Positions 53,165-63,974 of a stretch of 64,000 nt of DNA are shown piece by piece (the first letter of the stretch is position 1; each line of letters opens with the position of its first letter). The translations under genes and the position numbers were made by a program. The DNA lies in assembly GCA_000004985.1 (NCBI GenBank), contig GG738916.1; one strand, 5' to 3'. The notes beneath the pieces were generated by a model. That model saw only the letters and a program-made list of their open reading frames with translations. It searched no databases and was not told the DNA's origin. Source of the DNA: Naegleria gruberi. Its lineage: Eukaryota.

Positions 53165-54205
53165 TTTTTTTAATTGGTTAAAATTTGAAATTGAATCACA
53201 ACTTTCAATTTTGTTTGCTTCAATTTCAATTTCAGAATTGTAACGGTTTCAAAGTGGTGTCTCAACCTTCAAATTGAAGGTTTTATTGCTTTGTTAATTT
53301 CTTCCACATATTCCATAATGATTTTCCGTATCCTCAACATACACATTTGAACAGAAATTTTGATGACTAAGGAGCATATTAACTTTATAATTTTTACACA
53401 CAATGAATTTAAAAGTACACAACCACAGAGTTTAGCAAAGGGTTGCTTTGATTTCAATACCCAAAAACAGGGCAACACTAATAGACTTAAATGCTCGATT
53501 ACTCGACCACAGTTTCTTGCATTGTTAAGAAAAAATGTATCAAAACAATAAGGTATCAATCTTACTTGTAGTTGTTCTATTGGCAGTTCTTGGTTTATCG
53601 TTTGAAGTTCTGCTTTCAAAGAAAAGGTAACATGTGCTCCAGGTCAAAGCCCTTTCGATTACATGTGGAAGGAATTCCATTTCCATTGCAACCATCTCCA
53701 GATGGAGTCACCTATTTCTGTACTACTACGTAATAATCATGCTTTCGAGAATACATTTGAATTGACCCCTGTTTCATCAAATATTCCTTTGGCTCCGTTC
53801 ACAATTTACATGTCTTTAAGCCGTCTATTACGTTCACGTTTAATGTCGACCACTATCAACCAGTTTATTTTTCAATTCCACTTTCATATCCATTCAAATT
53901 GTTTTATAAAAAGTCGAGTTTTTTCTAAAGATTGTTGTAACAAAACAATAATTGGTTGTTAACATGGGGCAAAACGTGAGCTTTTCTCCACAACTAAATT
54001 TATGATAGACCATTGACAATTATAATACTGTCTTATTACACTACGTAAATGTAGTGTTACACATCTTCAGTCTTCCTTTTGATATTTCTCAAGTGACCAC
54101 ATATGACCTTTAAAAAGTTTTTTACTCTGCACTTTCAAACAGATCAATCAAAAAAAAATTAACAACCTCTACTAGTTGAATATTTCACACAAAGTAAATA
54201 GAAAA

Positions 54206-55363
54206 ATGGGTCTCTCTGCATCTAACTCTCTTGCTGCCTCTCATAACAAGTTTTCCTCTCAATTGTATCAAACAATTACTCAAAAGAAGCAAAAGGAAAA
54301 TGTTGTCTTTTCACCAGTTTCCATTTATTTGGCCATGTTGATGGCAACTTCCGGTGCAAATGGTGAAAGTTTGACAGAACTCGTCAATGGACTTGGTATT
54401 GATAAAGCTCCATCTACCATTGAAGAATGGAGACAAATAGTTGAGCCATTTGCTACCACTTTCTATTCTAATCTCAACACTTCCATTTTGAATGTAGCCA
54501 ACAATGCCTTTGTTGAACAGAATGCTACTTTGGATGGTAAATACAAGGATCATGTCAAGAAGGCATTCCAAGCACAAGTTACTCAATGTGATTTTGCTGG
54601 AAATGCTGAAGGAGAAACCAAAAAAATCAATGAATGGGTTTCTTCCAAGACAAATCAAATGATCAAGGATTTAATTGAACCAGGTCTTTTGACCTCTCTC
54701 ACTAGATTGGTTTTGGTCAATGCAATTCACTTTTTAGGAGCTTGGAAGAAAGCTTTTGATAAGGAAAATTCATATAATGGAACTTTTTATGGAGCTGAAG
54801 GAGAAAATACTTGTAGAATGATGAGTAAGAGTGATTCAAAGGAACAATATGGTAGTGAAGGTGGATATCATTGGGTCACTTTACCATTCTCTGATGTTAA
54901 ATACAAGATGACAATTGTTGCAGTTAAGGATCAAAGTTTCCAACAAACACTTGATGGATGGGTTGCTCAAAAATTGAATCAAGGAATTGACACTGCATTC
55001 CCAACAAATGAAGCCAAGCTTAGCTCTTTTAGATTCCCAGCTTTTGAACTTGAACAAGGATTAGAGTTGAGCGAAATCTTGCAATCTGCTCCATTCAACA
55101 TCAAGAAACCATTCACAAACGAAGCTGACTTTTCTAATCTCCTCACTAAGGAAGATATCTTTATTGATAAGGTTATTCACAAAGCTGCTATTAAGGTTGA
55201 TGAAGCAGGTGCTGAAGCTAGTGCTGCCACTGCAATTGTAATGAGAACTTTGAGCTATGATCCTAATCAAATTTCATTCATTGCCGAATCACCATTTACC
55301 TTCGTATTGAGTGACGATTCAAGCAAGACAGTTCTCTTTGTTGGTAAGGTGAACAAGTTGTAA
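54206..55363 (+). CDS. Serpin (serine protease inhibitor), intracellular-type
   Basis: Track ORF 54176 starts on TTG; the first ATG is 54206 (MGLSASNSLAASHNKFS). Full serpin fold is present, with hinge and reactive-centre loop KVDEAGAEASAATAIVMRTLS and C-terminal PFTFVLSDDSSKTVLFVGKV. No signal peptide. Confidence 0.85.
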   Translation: MGLSASNSLAASHNKFSSQLYQTITQKKQKENVVFSPVSIYLAMLMATSGANGESLTELVNGLGIDKAPSTIEEWRQIVEPFATTFYSNLNTSILNVANNAFVEQNATLDGKYKDHVKKAFQAQVTQCDFAGNAEGETKKINEWVSSKTNQMIKDLIEPGLLTSLTRLVLVNAIHFLGAWKKAFDKENSYNGTFYGAEGENTCRMMSKSDSKEQYGSEGGYHWVTLPFSDVKYKMTIVAVKDQSFQQTLDGWVAQKLNQGIDTAFPTNEAKLSSFRFPAFELEQGLELSEILQSAPFNIKKPFTNEADFSNLLTKEDIFIDKVIHKAAIKVDEAGAEASAATAIVMRTLSYDPNQISFIAESPFTFVLSDDSSKTVLFVGKVNKL

Positions 55364-55735
55364 TTTAAATAAATCACTTTTTGTACAATATATTATCCAA
55401 CCTTTTCTACCTAGAACAATTAGATGCTTAAATATTTTAATAATTGTAATAATTAGGAATTCAATCTTCTATGAAATTCAATCTTCTTTTCCTCGGTCTT
55501 ACTTCTAATGAGGATGAACGCGCTCCTTATCTTGGTTCCATGTGCCTCTATTTGGCTCTCTGCAGAGTTGCTAACTGTATTAATCTAACTGCTGCTTTGT
55601 GTTTTTCTTTTTTTTTAATTAAGGAAAAAAGTTCATATTAGAGAAAAATTTGGCAACAAGCACATCTCGCACAATAATTCAAAAAGAGTGAGGGCTTGTT
55701 TTAAATAATACCTTAATATTAAAGTATAAGGAAGA

Positions 55736-58051
55736 ATGAAATTAAGCAAGTATGGCTTTGTGAAAGTCATCATGATGAAGATATTATTATTAATTATAGT
55801 AATGATGAATAATTTCGTAGAGAGTCATGATGACCATAACCATTATCATCATCAGGAGGATCAAGTTGCAGGACACAAATGTATTCATAATGAATTAATG
55901 GCTGCCGAGAAGACTAACACTCACCCGAGGGGTATCTTCTCAACAATGGAATCAAGTTTTAAACTCCAAGCACAACATAATTTGAAAAGATCAATCCTAC
56001 AATCAACAGCCACAACAGCAACAGAAACTTGGTCCAATATTAGAGTACTATTCAGAACTGATTATTTAGGACCTGACAGTGATACAGAGAGTAGAAGTTG
56101 CAAAGCTGTTGGTGATTACTATTGGACAGGTGCCAATACTCCAACTAGTACCAAAACACAGTGTTTGACAGATAGTAGTTCAAATTGTTGGAGAGTTTGC
56201 AAAGATACTGATGTGATAGATAGCTCATTCCTTTCAGAAATTGTCTCAAGCATGTTGCCAACCATTAAAGAAGATTATTCTCGAATGCTTCAAGTACCTA
56301 CTGTTAAGGATGGTGATTATCCAAAGATCTTTAATGCCAATAGCAGATGTGGATCTCAAGGAGGTGTAGCAGTTCCAAGCGATATTATTGCAAATGGTTT
56401 GGATGGAAAGAATGCTGATGCCATCTTTTTTGTAACTTCACGGCCAACAGAAACTGGCGTTCTTGGATGGGCAATTCCTTGCATTCTTGATTCAATCACA
56501 AAGAGACCACTTGTGGCCCAGCTCAATATTTCACCTAAACTTGGTAATTACACCAAAGAAAAGTTGTCAGTTGTTAGACATGAAGCTTTGCATGCACTTG
56601 GTTTCTCTAACTCTTTCTTGTCAAGTTTTTACGATAGAGCTAACAAAAAGACACTCGACGCGTCTGCTGTCTATTCTGTTGTTAATAAGTCCTTTGTTGA
56701 TAGCACAGGAACAACTCAATCAGTCTCAGTTACCAAACTCAAAACTCCAAAGATTTTAGAAGTAGCAAGAAAGTATTACAATTGCCCAACATTAGATGGT
56801 GTTCCTATGGAAGAATATGGTGGATCTGGAAGTGCAGTATCTCACTGGGAAAAGAGTATCATGAAGAATGAACTAATGGTTGCAAGTGTTAGTGGTGAGC
56901 TAGTTTTGAGTAGTTTTACAATTGCTTACTTTGAAGACTCTGGATGGTATAGAGGAAACTTTAGTCATGCTCAACGATTAACTTGGGGTAAGGATATGGG
57001 ATGTGCAATGGCCAATTATAGATGTGAAAATTGGCCAACCAAGAATGTTGGATACTTTTGTAGTTCAGAAAGTCCTTCTAAGTCCTATTTCCAAACAACT
57101 TCAACGAGTTCTTGCACCCATGATTTGAAGAGCAAGTCTTACTGTAATAGTGCAAAGTATTACAATGATTTGGGATACTATGAACATTTCCCAAGTTCTC
57201 CAAAACAGGGAGGCACTGACTCTTTCATGGATTATTGCCCATTCCAAATAGCATTCACAGATGGTAATTGTGTGAGTGGTTATCCAATCAAAACAAGTGG
57301 TGAAGAGTTTGGAAGCTCAAGTGCTTGCTTTGAAGCTTCTATTTCTCTCACTTCAAACTCAGATATCAAAACTGCTGATTCCAGATGCTTAAAGTATTCA
57401 TGTGGAAATGAAACTTTGAACATCTATGTAGGATCTAAAAAGTTTTCTTGTCCAAAAGATCAAACAGCTCAAACAAAATACGATTCCACATTCTTTGGAT
57501 ATGTAAAATGTCCTCTAAATGGTTATGATATTTTGTGTACAAATTCCAAAGCGACAGCATCAAACAATGCCATTAATGGAACCTATGTTAAGGATGGAGA
57601 AGTAGCAGCTGAACCAACTTGTGATGGAATTACTGCCTCATCACCACTAGTCTGCAATAGAAGAGGTAAATGCATTTCAAATAATAACTGTCAATGCTTT
57701 ACAGGAGCTTTTGGAGACCAGTGTCTTTCCTATACATGTGACTCAATATCATCATCCAATTCGAGTGTTTGCAGTGGACAAGGTACATGTGATGGATTGG
57801 ATAATTGTAATTGTTATGCTGGTCATTATGGAGATTATTGTGAGAATTTCCTTTGTTTTGGATATCCAGCTTCACATTCTTCTGTTTGTTCCTCAAATGG
57901 TCAATGTGTTGGATACAATAATTGTAAATGTAATACTGACACTATTAATGCTGATTGTTCCATTTCAAAAGTCAACGCTTCCACATTATCTCAGAGTTTT
58001 GGAATTATTTCTCTCATTGTGACACTAATTTCATTGATAACCTTAATTTAA
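55736..58051 (+). CDS. Leishmanolysin (GP63, peptidase M8)-like metalloprotease with C-terminal EGF-like Cys repeats and hydrophobic tail
   Basis: 771-aa ORF with signal peptide (ILLLIIVMMNNFVES). Zinc site VVRHEALHALGFS (the HExxHxxGF of M8) plus the downstream His/Met region. Many conserved Cys. Three C-x-C..G..C EGF/laminin-like units (CQCFTGAFGDQC, CNCYAGHYGDYC, CKCNTDTINADC). C-terminal hydrophobic GIISLIVTLISLITLI suggests a GPI anchor or TM. Confidence 0.85.
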   Translation: MKLSKYGFVKVIMMKILLLIIVMMNNFVESHDDHNHYHHQEDQVAGHKCIHNELMAAEKTNTHPRGIFSTMESSFKLQAQHNLKRSILQSTATTATETWSNIRVLFRTDYLGPDSDTESRSCKAVGDYYWTGANTPTSTKTQCLTDSSSNCWRVCKDTDVIDSSFLSEIVSSMLPTIKEDYSRMLQVPTVKDGDYPKIFNANSRCGSQGGVAVPSDIIANGLDGKNADAIFFVTSRPTETGVLGWAIPCILDSITKRPLVAQLNISPKLGNYTKEKLSVVRHEALHALGFSNSFLSSFYDRANKKTLDASAVYSVVNKSFVDSTGTTQSVSVTKLKTPKILEVARKYYNCPTLDGVPMEEYGGSGSAVSHWEKSIMKNELMVASVSGELVLSSFTIAYFEDSGWYRGNFSHAQRLTWGKDMGCAMANYRCENWPTKNVGYFCSSESPSKSYFQTTSTSSCTHDLKSKSYCNSAKYYNDLGYYEHFPSSPKQGGTDSFMDYCPFQIAFTDGNCVSGYPIKTSGEEFGSSSACFEASISLTSNSDIKTADSRCLKYSCGNETLNIYVGSKKFSCPKDQTAQTKYDSTFFGYVKCPLNGYDILCTNSKATASNNAINGTYVKDGEVAAEPTCDGITASSPLVCNRRGKCISNNNCQCFTGAFGDQCLSYTCDSISSSNSSVCSGQGTCDGLDNCNCYAGHYGDYCENFLCFGYPASHSSVCSSNGQCVGYNNCKCNTDTINADCSISKVNASTLSQSFGIISLIVTLISLITLI

Positions 58052-58114
58052 ATTGACTATTATGAACTTACATTTCAAATTTATAATTTATTAAATACAT
58101 TAGTGATGGTTCAT

Positions 58115-60313
58115 TTACTTGTGTGAAATCAGAGAACGAATTCCATTCTTCCAATATTTTAATTCTTGTTCAGAACCTGCTTGTAATTCGTAGACTCTTC
58201 CATTAGATGTAGAGACATTGAATGCAAGTGGAGTTGAACCTGGAAGAATATCCAAAACGTCATCAACACATATAGATCCTTTGGATTTTCCCTATTGAAA
58301 TTGTGTTAAACTACTTTAAATAATTATGAAATACTTACTCCTTCCTTTTCATAATAGCACAAATAATTTCCTTCCAAATTGAACCAACGTTTTCGCCAGA
58401 GTTTGACCAAACCCTTTTCACCCTTCTTTTGTAAATAACCGTGTAATTCTTTAACTGCTGATGACTTGTTTGTTTGCTTGACAGGTTGTGAGACAGGTTT
58501 TGGTTTTTCCTCGTCATCACTCAAGTCAACATTGACAACTGCAGTTGGAGTGGTCTTTTGTGGTTCATTATAGACATCAGATGATGATGAACTAGCTGGC
58601 TTCTTTTCAGGTTCAGAACTAGTTGAGGCTGGAGTAATAATTGTGGCTGTTGGCTTAATGGAAGCATATTCATCCTCATCTTCAGAATCACTGTCTTCAT
58701 CTCCCTTACTATCCTCTGATTCAGAGTCGTACTCTTCTTCAATAATTTGTTTGGTACTTTCCTTCTTGACAGTGGTTGCACTAACATTTGGATTGGTTTC
58801 TCCTCTTTCGAATTTTTCCAAAGTGAGGTCTGCATTTGGATTCTTATCGGATGAGTGTGGTTTCAATATGACAGCGGTATGAGTTTCACCACAACAAATC
58901 ATATAGCAATCACGTGGAGTAGAGAATGGGAATTTCTTTGGATGTAAAAGAGATGCTTCATCAATACTCAAAGATTCATCATTCAAATTTGGAATACCCA
59001 ATTTGTTATCCTCATTATTACCCCAAATGTAGAAATCTTCACGATTCTTACTGTCATCATCTGAATTCAATACAATAGCACCTGTATGAGTAGCGAAAGA
59101 ACTCTTGGCAACTGATTTAACTCTCTTTCCTTCCAATGATTGAACAATACATAAGAGAGTTCTTGGAGCTTCACCTTGACCACCTCCTTCATAACCACCC
59201 TTACCACAACTGAATAAACGACCATCAGAAGTCAATGCAATTGTGTTATATTTGAGACATTCAACTTGAATAAAGTCAACTTCATCACTTTGTTTAAGAT
59301 TATCTTCAGTAACCAAATCACCAACTTGAACCAAATCAACTAAATGTGGATAAAAATCAGATTCCTGTTTTGTGTCCAAAATACGACCCAAAGGTCCTAA
59401 AAAGTTATTTCCCCATGTGAAAATTTCATTTTTTGCTGTTACGCAAGCCATGTGAGATTGACCACATGAAACATGAATAACTTCTTCTTTTTCTAAATTA
59501 TCAACACCAATATCATCGTCATCTTCATCCAAATCTTCATCATCATCGTCATCTTGAATCATTGGCATACTCTTCTTGAAATTACCTGTCACACCAATCA
59601 CACGTTTTGGTTCAAACACATCTTTTTCATCACCATGTCCCAACATTCCACAAAAATTCTTTCCCCACGTGTATAAATGTCGTTCTCTAGTAATACAGGC
59701 CATACATTCCTCACCTGCACATAAATAAATACCATTCGAAAAATTGTCAATTTTAATTGGACGTGGAACTTTAAATTCCTCATAGGCACTCACAACTTGT
59801 TCTCTATGTCCTAATTGTCCATACATTCCATTTCCCCAAGTATAGATATCTCCATTTCTACTTAAACAAGCACAAAAGTTTAGTCCACAAACAATTTGAA
59901 TAATTTCCTTTGAGGAAAGTTCTTTCCAGTGCATGAGTGTATTTCTATTATCATCAATATCTTCATGTTCATAATCTGTCATGTACCAACTCCTACTACC
60001 AAGTGTGTAAACTTCTCTTTTTTCTATTTGTCAAAAATCAAAATTGAAAAACAATAAACAGTAATCAATGATACGGATAATCAATTATCATTACATTGAA
60101 AAAATTAAAACACTTACCTGTCAAAATTGCTGTAAATCCCAATCCACAAGCAACTTGAATGACAGGTTCATCAAAAAAGTAAGGAACTGGAGTTGCTTCC
60201 TTGATGGTACCTTCTGTATCGTTTCTCGATACTTTACCCCAGATAAATAAACGACCAGCTTTGTCGTTTAGTGATGTTATTGCTTGAGTCATTTTTTTTA
60301 ATGATAAATCCAT
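58115..60313 (-). CDS. RCC1-repeat protein with C-terminal PH domain (3 exons)
   Basis: Exons (minus strand) are 60118..60313, 58339..60023 and 58115..58291. Introns are about 60024..60117 (GTAAGTG..AAATAG) and 58292..58338 (GTAAGT..CAATAG). Seven RCC1-like blades (WGNGMYGQLGH, WGKNFCGMLGHG, WGNNFLGPLG, ...) sit around an acidic insert. The PH domain HGYLQKKGEKGLVKLWRKRWFNLEGNYLCYYEKEG is completed by exon 3, GKSKGSICVDDVL...RVYELQAGSEQELKYWKNGIRSL. An alternative start ATG is at 60292. Confidence 0.7.
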
Positions 60314-60919
60314 CAATCACTAATCAAAAAAACAGGTCATCCATTGATTTTCACATTTTTAAATAAAGTATGACCATCAAATTGTAGTGGTTAATTACCT
60401 TCTAGTTGGTTCATGTTGTGATCAATTTAGTGCAAGATATTTACGAGATCAACCTATTCGAAACTTGCTTTTCATTAGTAAAATTTATTAGAAAATGTTG
60501 GAATGAATTTTTAAAAGAAGAAGCAGAAGAAAACCTTTCAACAATGAATGGACAATTAGAACTTTGAAAAGAGGAAGAATTAATTATTGCAATCAATTTT
60601 TTACTGTAAATTTTCACTCATCGCATTATTCACTTTTGATTTGAACAACAAAATGAAAAGATAACCATCATAGTAGGGTTCTACAATGCTATTATGAATT
60701 ATCATCATTAGAATATTATTTGTAATAAATTTTAAAGTTTGATGACTGAAAGCCTATCTAAAGATCGTTATCAACGATACTCTATTTGAAATGCTATTCT
60801 CGGATCATGATGGTAATAAAAGCTTAAGGAAAATCAAAGTAGATAAGCAATAAAACTTTTTGAATCAAATCAAAATCGATTCAAAGCGAAATATAGATAA
60901 TAGAAAAAAAGAAGTGTGA

Positions 60920-62407
60920 ATGAAAAGTAAATTATTATTCCGATGGTGCAATTATCATCTTGCACAGTCAAAGGCTTCTTTTTCTAATTTGATGATGATC
61001 AATATTAAGAACAGCAACAGTTTATCATTGATGAATAATGAGAGCCACCAACAAGAACACTACTCGTTTACAACAAAAGCCTTGTTGATGAACAACCAAC
61101 AAACGGAAACAAATACTAAAAAAATGTCATCAAATCAACAACAAGAAGGAGGATCATCTTCTTTGTCATCATCAATGACAACTAGACAAGAGAATTTGAG
61201 AAGAAAGTTTTGCAAGGATTATAGTTTGCCAATATCGATTTTGGCGAGTCCACACTTTGAATACCTGATCGAATTGTATGATGATTATTTGGGATGTAAT
61301 GGACAATGGAAGGAGATGAATGAGATTATTCAGAGAGATTTTAGATCATCGGAAGGATTGTTTTCCATGTTGGCCAATGATGTGGTCAATAACTTGTTGG
61401 GAACAATTGAAAAGTCTGAAGCCTATATAAAATATAATACCAGTGCTGTTCCTGAAGAGTTGTGGATTAATAGATATTTGGAATTCCATCCAAATGTTGA
61501 AGGATTAGATCAAAAGTCATTGGGTCAATATTTCCCTGTTTTGAATAATTGTCAAGAGGTTTATTCTGGTGAACATGATGGTTTCTATTTCGTTAGTGTT
61601 GATATGGCTAGTGCCAATTTTAACATTTTACGTTTCATTGATCCTAAAATTGTTCTTGGATGCAAAACTTATAAGGAACTTATTAGATTAGCCTTGAAGG
61701 AGAAATTGGAAACTGGTAATTATGAATCAAATCACAAATTGGATTCTAAAAAGTTATTAGAAGAATTGGAAACTAATCAAAGCCTTGTTTACAAGTATCT
61801 GATTGATGCCAAGTACTTGAGACAAGTTTTATTCGGTAAATTAAATCCAAAACGTCAACAAACAATCCAAAAGTTGGTAATGAGAAGTTTGATCAAAATC
61901 CTCGTAGAAAAGGCACAAGAAAGTGATGATCCAATTCTCAAACGATATCTCACTCCAGAACGATTCAGTTCTTGCACCTCAGATGAAATTGTGATCAAAA
62001 TAACAGACAAATTCGACAAGAAAAAGACTGATGAACAATTAAGCCAACAAACCCAACTCGAGCATACCAACTATGTTCTCCAAAAGATTAGAGAAATTAT
62101 TAATAGTGACATTTACTTGTCACAATTAACTTTCCGTGTTGAAGGTTTTGGTCTGAAGCAAATCAAGAGTACAAAATTGGGAGGTAAATCAGTTGGATTT
62201 GTTAAAGAATTTATTACTAATGAACAAGTAAATGGCAAGAGCCATAGTGAACACAGAGCTGTTTTGAATATTGAATTCAAGGCTGTTACTAATTACTTGT
62301 TCCCACAAATTTTCAAACACTATTTCAATAAGGAAATAATTACCCAAGATTTGAAATTTTTGCATGATGGGCAATTTATAGCAACAATGGACGAATCTAT
62401 ATTTTAG
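60920..62407 (+). CDS. Hypothetical protein (Q/N/S-rich N-terminus, alpha-helical C-terminal region)
   Basis: 495-aa ORF. No recognised domain. The start may be an internal Met (e.g. MSSNQQQEGG at about 61127). Confidence 0.4.
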   Translation: MKSKLLFRWCNYHLAQSKASFSNLMMINIKNSNSLSLMNNESHQQEHYSFTTKALLMNNQQTETNTKKMSSNQQQEGGSSSLSSSMTTRQENLRRKFCKDYSLPISILASPHFEYLIELYDDYLGCNGQWKEMNEIIQRDFRSSEGLFSMLANDVVNNLLGTIEKSEAYIKYNTSAVPEELWINRYLEFHPNVEGLDQKSLGQYFPVLNNCQEVYSGEHDGFYFVSVDMASANFNILRFIDPKIVLGCKTYKELIRLALKEKLETGNYESNHKLDSKKLLEELETNQSLVYKYLIDAKYLRQVLFGKLNPKRQQTIQKLVMRSLIKILVEKAQESDDPILKRYLTPERFSSCTSDEIVIKITDKFDKKKTDEQLSQQTQLEHTNYVLQKIREIINSDIYLSQLTFRVEGFGLKQIKSTKLGGKSVGFVKEFITNEQVNGKSHSEHRAVLNIEFKAVTNYLFPQIFKHYFNKEIITQDLKFLHDGQFIATMDESIF

Positions 62408-63974
62408 ATTCTTCAGTAAAGTCAATATCTTTCAATCTTTCGGCATATTCCTTATATTCAGCATATTTAGATAGTGAAAGCTTGGCTATTTCTGCAACAT
62501 TTCCTTCTGTATCGTTAAGACATTCCAATAATGCATCTACCACCTTGTTTGCAACAAAATCTTCCTTGAGCTCATTAGAGTTTCTTACCATGTTTCCTAA
62601 TGCTGCAGCTGCATTAATTCTAATTTTTAAAACTGGATCCTTGAGCAAACCAACAAATATTGGAATTGCTGCAGCAGCACTTTGATACAAACCACTGCTG
62701 TGGAAGCAAGCATTACCTATTGCAAAGCAAGCAAGTTTTCTAGTGTTTGCATCTGGATCCTTACAACAATCAACAACACAAGGGATGATATCATACAACT
62801 CAATAGCTTGATTGAAATAATCATCCTTTCTGCACATGTTCCCAACAAGGTTACATGTTTTTGATCTAACGTAGGGTTCTTTGTGTCTGAGAAGTTCCTT
62901 GATATTAGGAAAGATCATAGCATGCTCCAAATACTTCTGACTATCCTTGCAGGATCTAGCTACTTGATTGAGAATGGCCAACATGTCAGAGATTACAGAA
63001 GAAGGAACTGTCAACGCCAACATTTTCCTGACGAAATCCATGTTCATTCCTCCAAACTTTAAGTATTGCTTCATGAATTGAGAGGATTGGGCTACTAATT
63101 TTGAAAGGAAGCGAATCACCTCCCCATAAAATTCTACTGGCACAAATTCTGAGAGGCCAATGCAATGATTAATAATTTCTTCCTTGGAAAGAATTTTCAC
63201 AATGTCCTCATGAATTCTTTCTTGTTCCTTATCTTTTTGCGTTGATTTCGAAAAGCAGGTGGCGAGGAATCTTGAGGATGTGAGAATGTAATGAGTAAGA
63301 GACATATTTCCACCATGCCTACTCTCTGGCCAGTGTGAAAAACAAGAGAGGGTATTCTTTTTCAATCCTTGAATAACGGTCCTGATGACAGACAAATCAC
63401 CCAACACATAAAACAAATTATGATTTCCATTTTCCACTAAATCATTCAACAGCTTGATGAATGAAGTTAATCCTTCTGGAGAAATTTCAGAATCCAACAT
63501 GTTCAATCTTTCAATCAAAGCTGACCACAATCCAGATGAGAATACCACATTCATAAAACTGCTATCATCTTTCAACTGATATAACAAAAATATAATTCCG
63601 TCCAATAATCCAAAATCTGGGAATCCAAAACCTGAACCCTCCACTCGTTTGATTTCATGTACCTCATATACAGTGTACTCTTTTGTGACCATACTCAACA
63701 ATGCATTTTGCTCCAGTGTTATTTCCTTAATAGTTTTTGCTTTGGATTCAGGGTTTACACAAGCTCTAGCCAACAACATAACAGCAAGACATTTAAATCT
63801 TTCATCGAATGCTGTGGAAACTATTGTCAAGCAATGGCTAACAATTGTTGCTAGATCCGCTTTGTACAGAGCTGTGAACTTTGGATTTTCTTTGAATATT
63901 GTGGCAATAATAATACAAGCCAATTCCACTTGATACATGGTACTTCCATCCGAAGTGTTAACAATTAAACTCAT
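62397..63974 (-). CDS. Armadillo/HEAT-repeat protein
   Basis: 525-aa ORF. Repeated about 40-aa helical units with ARM-like signatures (LKDPVLKIRINAAAALGNMVRNSNELKEDFV; DANTRKLACFAIGNACFHS; EPYVRSKTCNLVGNMCRKDDYF). The start ATG 63974 is near the window edge. Confidence 0.55.
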   Translation of the reverse strand: MSLIVNTSDGSTMYQVELACIIIATIFKENPKFTALYKADLATIVSHCLTIVSTAFDERFKCLAVMLLARACVNPESKAKTIKEITLEQNALLSMVTKEYTVYEVHEIKRVEGSGFGFPDFGLLDGIIFLLYQLKDDSSFMNVVFSSGLWSALIERLNMLDSEISPEGLTSFIKLLNDLVENGNHNLFYVLGDLSVIRTVIQGLKKNTLSCFSHWPESRHGGNMSLTHYILTSSRFLATCFSKSTQKDKEQERIHEDIVKILSKEEIINHCIGLSEFVPVEFYGEVIRFLSKLVAQSSQFMKQYLKFGGMNMDFVRKMLALTVPSSVISDMLAILNQVARSCKDSQKYLEHAMIFPNIKELLRHKEPYVRSKTCNLVGNMCRKDDYFNQAIELYDIIPCVVDCCKDPDANTRKLACFAIGNACFHSSGLYQSAAAAIPIFVGLLKDPVLKIRINAAAALGNMVRNSNELKEDFVANKVVDALLECLNDTEGNVAEIAKLSLSKYAEYKEYAERLKDIDFTEESKI

